NCBI RefSeq assembly: GCF_018977255.1
Contig: NW_024704742.1
Location: 30,382,001 to 30,446,000 of the forward strand
Length of the DNA: 64,000 bases
DNA from: Callorhinchus milii
Lineage: Eukaryota
Direction of reading: 5' to 3'
Shown piece after piece: positions 50,391-63,152 of this stretch. The translations under genes were made by a program, and so were the position numbers. Within the stretch, counting starts at the first letter, position 1. Each line of letters begins with the position of its first letter. The notes beneath the pieces were generated by a model. The model made no database searches. It worked only from the letters and a program-made list of their open reading frames with translations, and had not been told where the DNA came from.

Positions 50391-53300
50391 GTGAATAACG
50401 GTCGTATATCTGTAAAGCGCTTGATGAAATGTTCATGCCGTGATAAAGGTTCTACACAAGTGCAAGCTGTTGTAGGCAAAAATTATATGGGGAAAAGGAA
50501 TTTCTTGTAAGTAAGATCACACCAAGCTCTGCAGACAGCTAATAAACACAAGGGAGATTGATGGTGTTAAAAATGCATCTTGATCAATTCAATGACACAA
50601 GGAATGCAGATAGAGATTTTTTTTCTAAGCCACATGTAAGGTAATGCATATTTCATCTGGGCAAATGAAGCATTTGTAGACAATGAAGAGGTGTCCATCA
50701 GCAAAGATGGAGAAGCATTCATATCTAGATGTGATTAATGAACAACCATTTACTGATCATTTAAACTCGCTCATGGAATAAGATTTTGAAGAATGTGAAT
50801 AATATTGACTACTGAGAGAAGATACGACAGTAATCTGACAGCCACACTGATTAATTCTTCAAACCAACATTATAGAAAGGCTACAAGAGCTATGGAAAGG
50901 GTACATCAAAGGTTCATATAGATGTCATCAGGGATGAAGGGTTATAGTTATGAGGATACATGAATAATTAAGGCTGTTGTCATGGGAACAGAAAAAATTA
51001 GGATCTAATAAAGATCTCCAATATTCTGAAAACATATTCAAATATAATAATCTTTGTATTTAATGTAGATTTATAGAGATACAATACAAAATTACAATTT
51101 CCAGTGACTGTGCAGCATGGAAACAGGCCATTCAGCCCAACCAGTCCGTGTTGGTGTTCGAACTCCATGAGTCTCCACCCACTCCTTGTTCCCTGCCACA
51201 CCCTTTTGTTCCCCTCCCCCTTATGTGTATATCCAGCTTCCTCCTAAATGCATCATTCCTATCTGCTTCAACCACTACTTCAGGCAGAAAGTTCTGACAG
51301 CTGAATATGAACAAGACGGAAGCCATACTCCTTGGCTCCCGTCAATGTCTTCACTCCTGCGGATCTAAACTCCTCAAGCTCCCTGGGCTCTCCCTCAGAC
51401 GGGACCTCAGTTTTAACGTCTCATCCGAAGTTATTTAGATTGTTCAGGGCAGCACAAGTGGCAAACTTCATTTATTTGAATGCCTACCATCTGCGACCTT
51501 ACTGTGTGGATGGACGCTCTGCCCACTCCCCTCGGCTCCACTTTCAACCAAGGGTGCCCAGGTAGCAGTGTCAATACTTTGGGATGCCCTCCCAACATAA
51601 AAGGTGTTTTATGTAATGTAAATTTGCATTGTTGCACTGTCCCGTCTCCTCCTTCTGCTGAGCAAGAAACAGTTTACTTCACTTCCCCTGCCTGCTCCAT
51701 CTCCCCAACAGTGGGTGAGCTTTCTGACATTTTGTCCCTGCTCTCTGGACTCTGCTCTCCCTCCCTCCAACTGTGCCTTTAACTACTTTTTCCTTCCTCT
51801 CCTCAGCTTCTCCCCAGCTCAGGCTCCCGGTTAGTGGTATAAAGGACTTTGAAACATGAAACACATCTTTCTGACATGAAAGGCACTAGATAAATGTAAA
51901 AGACAAAATACTGCAGATGCTAGATAAATGTAAATAGTTTTTTTCCGAGTGTAAGCCACAGGATGTATCTGCAGACTTCACGGCTGTTTGAATTCAATCT
52001 ACCAACTTTCATAGACGTGAATGGAGTATACATAAAACTGGTGCGTCTCATTGAAGCCAAAAAAAACTGAAACTTATCTGAAGTTTAAAAAAAATGACAC
52101 AGTGCTGATCAGAAGCTGTCAGTTTACTCAATGAGTCGGCGAAAGGGCTGAATTCCCATCAAAGCCATTCTAGTGACACTCCAAATGTACTATTACACAG
52201 TAATTAGCTTTTCAGTGTGGCAACACTATTGACATGCTATTTAGTAAAATGAACATTCAAAGCACACGCTCAATGAGAAGCGCCATGTGGCCACATTGTT
52301 GTTACTAATTTGAATGGTATATTCACCATACAGGGGTTTTGAACCTTTCAGTGCTTAAGCATTACACATAAATTAGAATAAGTTCAATGCTTCCAATTTC
52401 CGTCAGTAGGGATTTCTGTTTGTTCAAACACTTTAATTTGTTTCAGACTTGTGAAGGGTAGTCTTCCTGCTGGTGGTTCTTTAATAGCTGGGTTTAACAA
52501 ACAATGAACCTATTATTTGAGTGCATCTGCTATCGCTTTTATATTGCGGTTCCCTCAAGGACTCTGGAGTCCACAAGGCCAGCTTGAAGTGCTTTTTATA
52601 CGGCCTCAAAACCAAGGCACAACTTGTGTCAATTGATATTACGAGTCTCTCGTAACATGTGCTGATGTATTGACATCCCTTGCGATACTCGTGGCGATGA
52701 TATTGAGGTGTCCACACAGGCATGGAACGCTACAGTTCCCTCTCCAGACTTCCGACTTTTATTGTTAAGTTGGATCTCAGGCACGAAAATGAACAAAGAT
52801 CCGACTCTGAGGCGGATTGAAGTTGAGACAAGCAGCCTTTACTTATGGAAACAAACTAGCAATATAATAAAAATAACAGCCTCCTGCTTTATCACAATAC
52901 TTTAACAGTACCCCAAAACACACTCTGGAGCCCCCAAACCTTGGCTCTTGCCAATCAGTGCCAAATATTTTCCAAAATTCCTGGTTCTTTGTTTCACTTA
53001 AAAAAAAACAGCTTTGAAAAGAGATGCCTCTTAGAGAATCTTGTAGAAGTTTGTAAAATGCTAAATAGGATTCTGAAAATACAACTTTAGGATAGACACC
53101 AGTCTAACAGCCTGGTCAGCCTGACTCATCGACAGGAATGGATGGACAGGCCAATTGCTGGGAGCAGCGATACTTCCCACTGGCTCCTGTTAACTCTGCA
53201 AATAAAAGTCCTAAGTTTGGTGGTCCTTGCTGGACAAGCAGCAGGAAGCTTGCCACAACGCTCTTAATGGCGAGCTATGCAGTTTGAGCTGGTTAGACTC

Positions 53301-56300
53301 CAGCATTACCCCATTGCACACTCCGGGATTTCAAAACCTTGGCTCTTGCCAACCTGTGCCTAATACTTTCCAGAATTGGATTAACAAGCTGCATCCCTCT
53401 AGGGAAAGAGTATGCATTCCATCCAGACACTAAGAAATTTCCGTGTGTAAGTGGCAATACACATGTCGAACACTCAATCTAGTTTGGATTCTCTTAATGG
53501 GAATGGGTTTCCACATGTGTCAGAAACCCAGCTGACCAAAAAAATTAATAAACAAATACCATTGCTATCTACTGGCCCAGTTTCCTACAATACTTTAATT
53601 GTTATCGTTTTCCATTTTTATTTCAGAACTTCCAACATTCAGTTTTCTATTTTTATTTTACAATCTCCAAAATTTCTTTGGTATCTCTTCAACTGCAGAT
53701 TCCCATACATTTTGTGCTCCAGCCAACTTTCTTTCATTCATTTCACGTTTCCGCGGTCTGTTCTTTGAAAGTCCAATATAATTTCTTATTTCCCTTTTCA
53801 GAGAGTCCCATCAGTATCTCAAATTTGATATGATATCTAAATGCGCCGCCAGTACAACCTAATCTTACCAAACCTGGCTTGCTTCCCAAGATCAGACTCC
53901 AGAATAGCTTCCGATCTTGTTAGCTACTCAACAAACCATGTAAGGAAGCAGGCAAGCAATACCTGGTCATTCCATTTCTCTCATCTCAGCCAATTATCTG
54001 GGAAATTAAACTGCACTGGGTTATTTCAAGGAGAATTTATGTTTTTTTTTAAATGCTTTTTGGGCAGTTTAAACTTGCATGTTGACATTCATAAATATTA
54101 TGGTGTGCAAATTAGCTTCTGCTTTTGCCTGCAAAATACACTTTACAGGATATCCTGTGAAGAGCTTTGAGTCATTCTCCCGACGTGAAAGGCATGAATA
54201 TCAAATGCAAGGATTATTATTAATTAGAGAGGTGCATGAGGTCTGGAACGGATGTGTGGTTGCTGAAAATGAGCTCTTCAAGAAAGCGGCATAATTTCTG
54301 CCATTTCATATGCAAAATAGGACTTCAATGTATGTGACATTGAGTTAGCTAAGTTCAGCTGGGGCAGCAATAGGGACAGTACAATTGGCCTCAGTGCCCC
54401 TGGGGTTAGAGGGAGGATAAATCACTAGATTTCAATGTCAACCTCAGATTATCTCTGAGCTGAGGTGATTCGGCCTGACGTACACAGGGGATCTCTGCTG
54501 GTTTACACTCTAACACTGCCACTTTCCTGAGAAGCATTTTATTCTCCCATTGTCACTGTGGCGAGCGCCGAACCTTTCTGACTCTCGTCTCACAATTTAT
54601 TTTTGTCACAATGTTTCAGGTTATAATGTGTGGCTGTGCAATTGTACTTTTCTTCTTTAAATTAAACATCATATCGCTTTCAATCGAATCACAACAAACT
54701 GACGAATCTGCGTCTTAATGGAGAAATGATCCTGAAATGGTCCACTGTTCTTCTCGAGGGCAAAGGGCCACACAGATTGGAAAGTTGTGGGGTCAATTCA
54801 CGTTCTGTGCTGAGTTGGCTGATTTTAGTCAGGGCAGAAGAATATCAGGCAGGGAAACAGATTAGCTGCTGTGTTAACATATTTCCCCCCCTCAATAATT
54901 GCTGTTTGTAACCAGCAGGTTAAGTGTTAAATGGATTTTGAATTCTGCAGTGGTGTATTTGGCTGCAGTAGAACAAACAATGGGGATTGCTTTTAAATGG
55001 ATTTCTTCTGCCACAGGAGAAATTCAGACTTTTTAAAAAAACAAAATCACATTAGGCCATGCACAGTTAAAGCCCTCTTCTGCAGGCAACATAGTTTGAG
55101 GCAATAATCATGTGTTCTTACAATGTGAGAACATCGTCTGGGATGTACGTGTGGTGTGTTTGGTATTCTTTTTCTGTGTGTCACCAAAAACCTTTTATCT
55201 GGTGCTGTCTCTACCCAATCTCTGCCAAGCTAAAAAAGGGAAAGGATTGCATGCTGCCTTGAGAAGGTACCCATTATGTAAGGTGTCTGTCTCCCCCCAT
55301 CCCGCCCCCCACTAACTCAAAGCATCCCCAATGAGAGCCAACACTTGTTGGAGGTGCAACCTTCAGATGGTCTTGTCTGCTTATTCAGCTGTGAAAGATC
55401 CCATGACACTATCTGAAAAAAGAAGGGAGTTTCTCCCAGTGTCCTGGCCAATAATCCCCCAGATAAAATATGGTTGTTTGTGGGACATTGCTGTTTGCAA
55501 ATCAGTTGCTGTATTTACCTACAAAATACACAGTCACTCCACACAACAGTAAATCCTGTGAAGTGCTGTGAGACATCCTCTCGATGTCAAAGGCACTATA
55601 TTGAATGCAAAGATTATTATTATGAACAGTTAGAGGTTTTAAAGTAAAATTAGGAACAAAAAATAGTTTTCAATAAATTAAAAATGTCTCATTTTGTTTC
55701 AATTGTTCATCTGTAGAAATTTTACAGCACAGATGGAGACCGTTCCCCCAACCACATCTGAATTGTAGCCAGCTCCTCCACTGGAACTATCTAACTCCTT
55801 TCTTCTGTTTTAATTCCTACTACCCATACCCTCCCTGCCCTCTACCCCATCTGATCCCAATCCGCAGCTCGTGTCCAAATCCCTGATTGCCCAGCGCCTT
55901 GGGATGTCCTCCCGATGCGATAGAAATGTAACTTGTCGTTGTTCCCACCCTAGCATCTTTTCATCACACCATCAAACTGTTTCTGAAACAAGTCTAGAAT
56001 CCTGGCTTCAACCCCATTTTTTCTGGTAACCCATTTCAATTGTTCATCGCTCTCTGTGTAAAGCAATGCTTCCTGGTGTTTGTCCTGAAATACCCTTCAC
56101 GACACTGCACTGGACCTGTGCCTACTTGTTTCCCAGGCCTATTTATATTGCTATTCTTCAGGAATTTTCAGCTTTCCTCTTACTGCTAGTTGGAAAATGA
56201 CATTGTCATAATGAAAACAGGCAGTCATGTGCATTGAGTCTAAGTTGGTAACAGAGCCCACAGTTGATCAATGATAATACAGCATAGTCGTTCAAAACAG

Positions 56301-57457
56301 GAAGCATATAACAAAGAGATATGTTAACATAATATTTATGATTTATTAGTAATCTGTCAAATTAAGATCCTGCCCTGTGCACAAGAACACTGCCACACTG
56401 CCACAGAGGGAAGACTGTCAGCCTAATGTAACAAGTAACAGTTTCCTTTTCTGTTGAGCCACTCCCAGCGGTTCTCAAATGTAAGGCACTCAGTGCTTTC
56501 GCCTATGTGCCAAGTGTGATCGAGCAGCAGAAATTCTATTTTAATGAGAACTCCTGCAATGCTCGAGTCCATAACACTATTTCAAAAGGAAATGAACAAA
56601 TACTTGAAGAAAAAGGGAAGAGAGCAGAGGAAGGAGATTCGAGTAAATCTCTCCAATGGAGACAATTGGCTGAATGGCCTCCTTCTGGGCTTCCCTAGTC
56701 CTCATTTACTGTCCTCTGCAGGGGAAGAAACTATTGTAAATCCCTGTGAGACATTTCAAAACAAATCTCTGGCAAATGTGTTATTTGTAACTTTCTAGGT
56801 TTCTTTGCATTTGCCTTGCGGCAGTATTGTCAATCAACAATAATCCAGTACTCTGCTTTACATCAGTATAATCAGTTAATCAATGCTGATAAACACCCGG
56901 CTCAAATGCACAAGGAACAGGGATCTCTCATTGCTTACCCATAGATATATGTGATGGCTATATTTTTCTAGTCCCCACTCCTCCCAACTAAAATCTCTGC
57001 CAATTATCAAGTACAAAGTATTAACTAAAACATTAATAGCAAAACAACAACTTGCATTCATATAGCACCCTTCACGCAGGGTAGCGTCTCAGAGAGCTTA
57101 ATAGCAAAAGGCATCAAAGTACAGCGACAAACTCTGAGGGTAAGCAGTCAGGGTAAAGTTCAAAGTTAACATGACCTGAGGTGTCAGCTCAGTTGATGCA
57201 CTCTTGTCTCTGGGTCACAGGGTGTGGGTCAGGCTTGAGCACATCATCCAGGTTAACACATCAGTGCAGTCCTGGGGGAGCATTGCCTTGTTGGAGGCGC
57301 CAACCTTCATGCTGGGCGGTCAAGAGATTCGCACCCTACAAAAGCCATTCACACTAGACTTGACAGAAACTACTGTAAATCTCTGTGAGACATTTCAAAA
57401 CAATAAGGTGTCATAAAAATGCCAGTTCATTCAACTAAAAATAATTCAAAATCTTAC

Positions 57458-57635
57458 TTGCTCACTGAGTGCCTTCAATGAGTTCTTGATGTCATCGCAA
57501 GACTGCAGCCTGGCTGCAGTAAGCAGCAGCTCTGTGTTGCTTGAGATGAGAGGCTGAAGTCTGTAGATTTTGGTGATGACCTCCTTTGCTTTGGCTGTGT
57601 GTTCAGGTGAATAGTAAATATACTGGTACCCTGAA
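57458..57635 (-). CDS. INPP4B: INPP4B internal coding exon (most 5' exon found in window)
   Basis: cccag| acceptor and |gtaaga donor; 178 nt encoding SGYQYIYYSPEHTAKAKEVITKIYRLQPLISSNTELLLTAARLQSCDDIKNSLKALSEQ, resembling mammalian INPP4B GYQFIYYSPENTAKAKEV. The 5' edge could instead be the ttcag 5 nt inside, because the upstream exon was not found. Confidence 0.9.
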
Positions 57636-59546
57636 CTGGGATGGGGGAAAACACAAAGGCAATTAGAGTCAGAAATGAGAATTCAGCACACCAGGGTTAG
57701 TAACATAGTTAACACGGTAACGGGGACTAAAAGTCCACATTCAGTTTTGCAGCTTCAAGCTAAATTTACGAGTTAAAATTAATTAGGCTTCAAAACCTCA
57801 AAAGCTCCTGCTCATCTGCTAACAACAGGTGCACTGTTATTTGCCTTCGGGTCTGTAACATCTATTTACAGTATTTTCAACAATATGTGAAAGATGAAAG
57901 TATCTTTCCAAAATACTCACTCAACCATCCTTCCTATATATAACACTTTGCATTTATCTGTATCACTCTACATGACAAAGGGCAACTTCTAAATAAATGC
58001 ACATTTCCTTCTCTATTTTTCCCCCCTTCAACTGTAACAATAGTTTTGCCCGTTTTAGGTGATAGTTCAGATAGCCATGTTTTGTGTCTGGTTGACAGTG
58101 CAGTCTTGTGTGTTGGCTGGTTCTTCTGTGCATGCCAGCCTGGGTGAAAGATTAGTGTCATCTTGGGAAAGAAATGCTGTTGGAACGACACTCTCTATTT
58201 GCGTGTCAGCACTCATAACCCTACACTGTGTGCCATCGTCCTCAAACAAGCCCTTCTATTCATGGGCACCACTGACCCTGTGCTACCAGGTCAACATTAA
58301 TGAGCCGATTTGAACAAGTTGCGAGTTTGCTTTCATGTCAGTGACTATCAGCTTCTTTAGTGTCTGGGGAAAAAGTGGCTTCATATGGTTTACAAAGAAC
58401 ACTTCCTTCCAGGGTTGGTGACTTTAATATAATTTTTTCTTAATTCATCAATTAGAATTAAAAGTGTATTAAGCCCTATGATTATTGGGATATCTGCTTA
58501 ACAGTTTACATTTATATAACGCCTTTCACATCGGGAGGATGACTCAAAGCTGGTCACAAATCTGGTTCAGACTCACTGGTCATCTGAATCTTATTGGTGA
58601 TTCTTGTTTACCAGTCAATGTAAATGCAGTATTGTACAAACTGAGTCATTCCTGAACAGAATAATAATAACCCTTGCATTTGATATAATGCCTTATCATG
58701 TCTTCAAGACTTTCCAAAGCTCTTCACAAAATATACTCTAAGTGAATTGACTGTATATTCTGTGAAGCGCTTTGAGACATCTTGAAGACGTGATAAGGCG
58801 CTATATCAACAACAACAACAAGATTCCATTTATTGAGCGCCTTTCACGTCGGGAGGACGTCCCAAGGCGCTGGACGTCCCAAGGCGCTGAAAAATGCAAG
58901 GATTATTATTATAATATATATTATTTGTGGGCGAGTGTGTTGTATTAATATGTGTTGTGGATTGTATTGCAAAATTTGTGGACATTTCACCCAAAGATAT
59001 TCGCAGCTAAGAGGGCATCTTTAATGCAAAGAATCCAGTATGTCACTATCTCATGTTAAACCTCAGTATGCTGCTTGTGTGGTGGTGCAACATCAATTGC
59101 GTCAGGAAAGACAAGACTGATAGGCCTCAGGTTCACTTACACCACATCACAGCATAGGTCTACAATATGGCATGTTAATAATGTCCCCTTATCTACTTGG
59201 CAGCCTGACACACACATCATGAACCACTGCAAATGGTGGGGAAAATAGGCTGCATTGCTTGAGTCCTGGACAATCACATCTACCCTGTGCAATGCACCAT
59301 GAAAGCAATAGTACTGCATCATAGTCAGATTTGTGCAAGCTGATGTTTACCATACAAATGCACTGGGAAGCTTTAATAGAAGTTCACACAATTGAACAGG
59401 AAAGGCTGCGGAAGATTAGACTGGTCTAGAGGAAGCTCCAGTGGAGCTTATTGCAGATATACTAAACATTTTAGAAAATTTCATCTGCATTGTCATTGGT
59501 AAGAGTAAAAGTCCCAACACCTGCAGTAACACACAATTTAATCGGG

Positions 59547-61306
59547 CAGCCTGGCTCAGTGTGTCAGCCTGGCTCAGTGTACCAGCCTGGCTCAGTGTAC
59601 CAGCCTGGCTCAGTGTACCAGCCTGGCTCAGTGTACCAGCCTGGCTCAGTGTACCAGCCTGGCTCAGTGTACCAGCCTGGCTCAGTGTGTCAGCCTGGCT
59701 CAGTGTACCAGCCTGGCTCAGTGTGTCAGCCTGGCTCAGTGTACCAGCCTGGCTCAGTGTACCAGCCTGGCTCAGTGTGTCAGCCTGGCTCAGTGTACCA
59801 GCCTGGCTCAGTGTACCAGCCTGGCTCAGTGTACCAGCCTGGCTCAGTGTGTCAGCCTGGCTCAGTGTACCAGCCTGGCTCAGTGTGTCAGCCTGGCTCA
59901 GTGTGTCAGCCTGGCTCAGTGTGTCAGCCTGGCTCAGTGTACCAGCCTGGCTCAGTGTACCAGCCTGGCTCAGTGTACCAGCCTGGCTCAGTGTGTCAGC
60001 CTGGCTCAGTGTACCAGCCTGGCTCAGTGTGTCAGCCTGGCTCAGTGTGTCAGCCTGGCTCAGTGTGTCAGCCTGGCTCATTGTACCAGCCTGGCTCAGT
60101 GTGTCAGCCTGGCTCAGTGTGTCAGCCTGGCTCAGTGTGTCAGCCTGGCTCATTGTACCAGCCTGGCTCAGTGTACCAGCCTGGCTCAGTGTACCAGCCT
60201 GGCTCAGTGTGTCAGCCTGGCTCAGTGTGTCAGCCTGGCTCAGTGTACCAGCCTGGCTCAGTGTACCAGCCTGGCTCAGTGTGTCAGCCTGGCTCAGTGT
60301 ACCAGCCTGGCTCAGTGTGTCAGCCTGGCTCAGTGTGTCAGCCTGGCTCAGTGTGTCAGCCTGGCTCAGTGTACCAGCCTGGCTCAGTGTGTCAGCCTGG
60401 CTCAGTGTGTCAGCCTGGCTCAGTGTGTTAGCCTGGCTCAGTGTGTCAGCCTGGCTCAGTGTACCAGCCTGGCTCAGTGTGTCAGCCTGGCTCAGTGTAC
60501 CAGCCTGGCTCAGTGTGTCAGCCTGGCTCAGTGTGTCAGCCTGGCTCAGTGTATCAGCCTGGCTCAGTGTGTCAGCCTGGCTCAGTGTACCAGCCTGGCT
60601 CAGTGTACCAGCCTGGCTCAATGTAATAGCCTGGCTCAATGTACCAGCCTGGCTCAGTGTACCAGCCTGGCTCAGTGTACCAGCCTGGCTCAGTGTGTCA
60701 GCCTGGCTCAGTGTGTCAGCCTGGCTCAGTGTACCAGCCTGGCTCAATGTACCAGCCTGGCTCAGTGTGTCAGCCTGGCTCAGTATATCAGCTTGTCTCA
60801 GTGTGTCAGCCTGGCTCAGTGTGTCAGCCTGGCTCAGTATATCAGCTTGTCTCAGTGTACCAGCCTGGCTCAGTGTGTCAACCTGGCTCAGTGTACCAGC
60901 CTGGCTCAGTGTGTCAGCCTGGCTCAGTGTGTCAGCCTGGCTCAGTATACCAGCCTGGCTCAATGTACCAGCCTGGCTCAGTGTGTCAGCCTGGCTCAGT
61001 GTACCAGCCTGGCTCAGTGTGTCAGCCTGGCTCAGTATATCAGCCTGGCTCAGTGTGTCAGCCTGGCTCAGTGTGTCAGCCTGGCTCAGTGTACCAGCCT
61101 GGCTCAGTGTGTCAGCCTGGCTCAGTGTGTTAGCCTGGCTCAGTGTGTCAGCCTGGCTCAGTGTGTCAGCCTGGCTCAGTGTACCTGCCTGGCTCAGTGT
61201 ACCAGCCTGGCTCAGTGTACCAGCCTGGCTCAGTGTACCAGCCTGGCTCAGTGTGTCAGCCTGGCTCAGTATATCAGCTTGTCTCAGTGTGTCAGCCTGG
61301 CTCAGT
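59547..61306. repeat. 18-bp minisatellite, about 98 units (CAGCCTGGCTCAGTGT[AC/GT])
   Basis: Directly visible tandem array of 1760 bp with two main interspersed variants. Confidence 0.98.
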
Positions 61307-61705
61307 TGATAGTACTCTATCCTTTGAGTCAGAAGGTTGTAGGTTCAAGACTCATGTCAGGTTTTTGAACTCATGTAGTGCAAGTAGACAATCCAATGCA
61401 CTGCTGGGGCTGTGCTGTATTGTTGGAGGTGCCGATCTTTGGATGAAATATTAAACTGACTGCCTGTTTAGGTAGACGTTACAGATAGCATAGCACAATT
61501 CGATAAGAGAAGGCAGTTTCTCACAGTGTCCCGGCCAACATTCCTTCAAATAAATTGGTCATTCACTTCAGTGACTGTTTGTGGGACATTGCTGTGTGCA
61601 AATTGCCTGCTGCATTCTTCTACCAAATACACAGTCACTAACACTCTAAAGTAAATCCTGTGAAGTGCGTTGAGATGCTTCCAGTACAATATCAAATAGC
61701 AGATT
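61291..61705 (+). mobile_element. DeuSINE-like SINE, long family
   Basis: Head gtcagcctggctcagttgatag..gagtcagaaggttgtaggttcaag, then ggaggtgccgatctttggatga.., gtgtcccggccaac and ctgtttgtgggacattgctgtg. Related copies at about 12060-12390 (-), 13750-14030, 15120-15785 (-, split), 22095-22380, 27555-27795, 29560-29935 (-), 38890-39230, 46030-46345 and 55370-55625. Confidence 0.8.
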
Positions 61706-62389
61706 AATTTATTTATTAACTTATCTATTGTTTCATGTCCACACATGTATTATTTTAATTTTCAAAAAAGAGCCTTAAACAATGGGATCGGTAAACATTG
61801 AATACGTTACCGAGAGGAATTTTACAGGCACGGTCAAAGAGTTAAAGTTTTAAGAGATTTAGATTTTGAAGTGAACATAATATGAATTGGAAAGGCTGAT
61901 CGCATTCTCCGCTTCGAGACGACAAAAACCCAAAGATTTATGATCTGAAAGTTAAATATAACGTCTCTTTCTCAGTGCAGGACTTTGTTGCATGTCAGAG
62001 TCTGGCACAGGAACTTTGTCCATCCTGGCACCTTACAAGAGACAGAGAGTGTTGAGGCTTCACATTGTAAGCACGTGTCAAGGAAGCTGCATAGTATCTT
62101 TCAACCTCAAAGCAATACATTGAATCCAAACTGTCCACTCATCCTTAATATTATAGCAATTACACAGATCTAAACAGAAACTCATCTGGTGTTCTGTATA
62201 AATCAAATGTGTTTTGTTCCAATTCCTTTATGAGTCCCCAACATTGACTAATGGTAACAAGAAAGGAAAAAAAATTCTTTTCTTGATTCATTGATTCACT
62301 TAAGCTTTTTTTTAAATTTGTGCTGTATGCTTCAGATAGCCAGCTGAACAGATCAGTCTGGACGGCAAATAAACCATCCGAAGGGCATA

Positions 62390-62670
62390 ATGTAGCTCAG
62401 CGGTTAGAGCAAGCGAGATACCTGGGTTCAATTCCAGGAAGGGCGAAACCTTGGGCAAGTTTCCTTTATAATAAATTGACTATAATAAATTGGTCATTTT
62501 TCAACTCACGACTGTTTGTGGGACACTGCCGTGTGCAATTGGCTGCCACGTTTTGCCCACAAATATACGGTCAATTTACTTTGCAGCATATTCTGTGAAG
62601 CGCTTTGCGACGTCTAGAAGACGTGAAAAGTGGTATATCAAATGCAAGGATTATTATTATTATTATTATA
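62390..62670 (+). mobile_element. tRNA-derived SINE, short family (deleted variant), followed by further SINE tails
   Basis: tgtagctcagcggttagagc / gggttcaattcc head, Deu-like core and (ATT)n tail; more tails follow to about 62995. Confidence 0.82.
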
Positions 62671-63019
62671 AACGGAGCTGTACTAATGCCTATGTTTTTG
62701 TCCACAAAACATACAGTCAATCCACTTTGCAATATATTCCGTGAAGCGATTTAAGACGTCTTAATGACGTGATAAGCCGCTATATCAAATGCAAGGATTA
62801 TTATTATTATTATTATTATTACAGTCCCCAGATAAAATTGGTCATTCAATGTGGGAAATTGCTTTCTGCAAAATTGGTTGCTGCATTCGACTACAAATAC
62901 ACAGAAACTAAATTTCACAGAAAAGTCCTGTGAAGCATTTTGAGATGTCTCACCATCCTGAAAGCCCCTATATCAAGAGCAACGATTATTATTATATACA
63001 TCTATTCCCCCGCATTTAT

Positions 63020-63152
63020 GTATATGTGTATGGAGTGTATGTGTGTGCGCACATGTGTGTATGTGTGTTGTGTGTGTGTGTGTGTGTTTGTGAATGATTG
63101 TGAGAAGGGTGCTGTTTGGATGTGTGTGTGTGGGGAGTGGGGGGGGGGGGGG
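63020..63152. repeat. Imperfect (GT)n microsatellite and G-run
   Basis: gtgtgt tracts followed by a poly-G run. Confidence 0.8.

Noticed and set aside
59547..61306. CRISPR-like array
   Set aside because: No unique spacers, no cas genes and a vertebrate context; it is a simple tandem minisatellite.
59416..61454. Long ORFs of 515, 622 and 313 aa (SQADTL, AWLSVP and QPGSVY repeats)
   Set aside because: By-product of an 18-bp unit (a multiple of 3) that lacks stops in several frames; it appears to lie in intronic sequence upstream of exon 57635 and derives from a SINE head.
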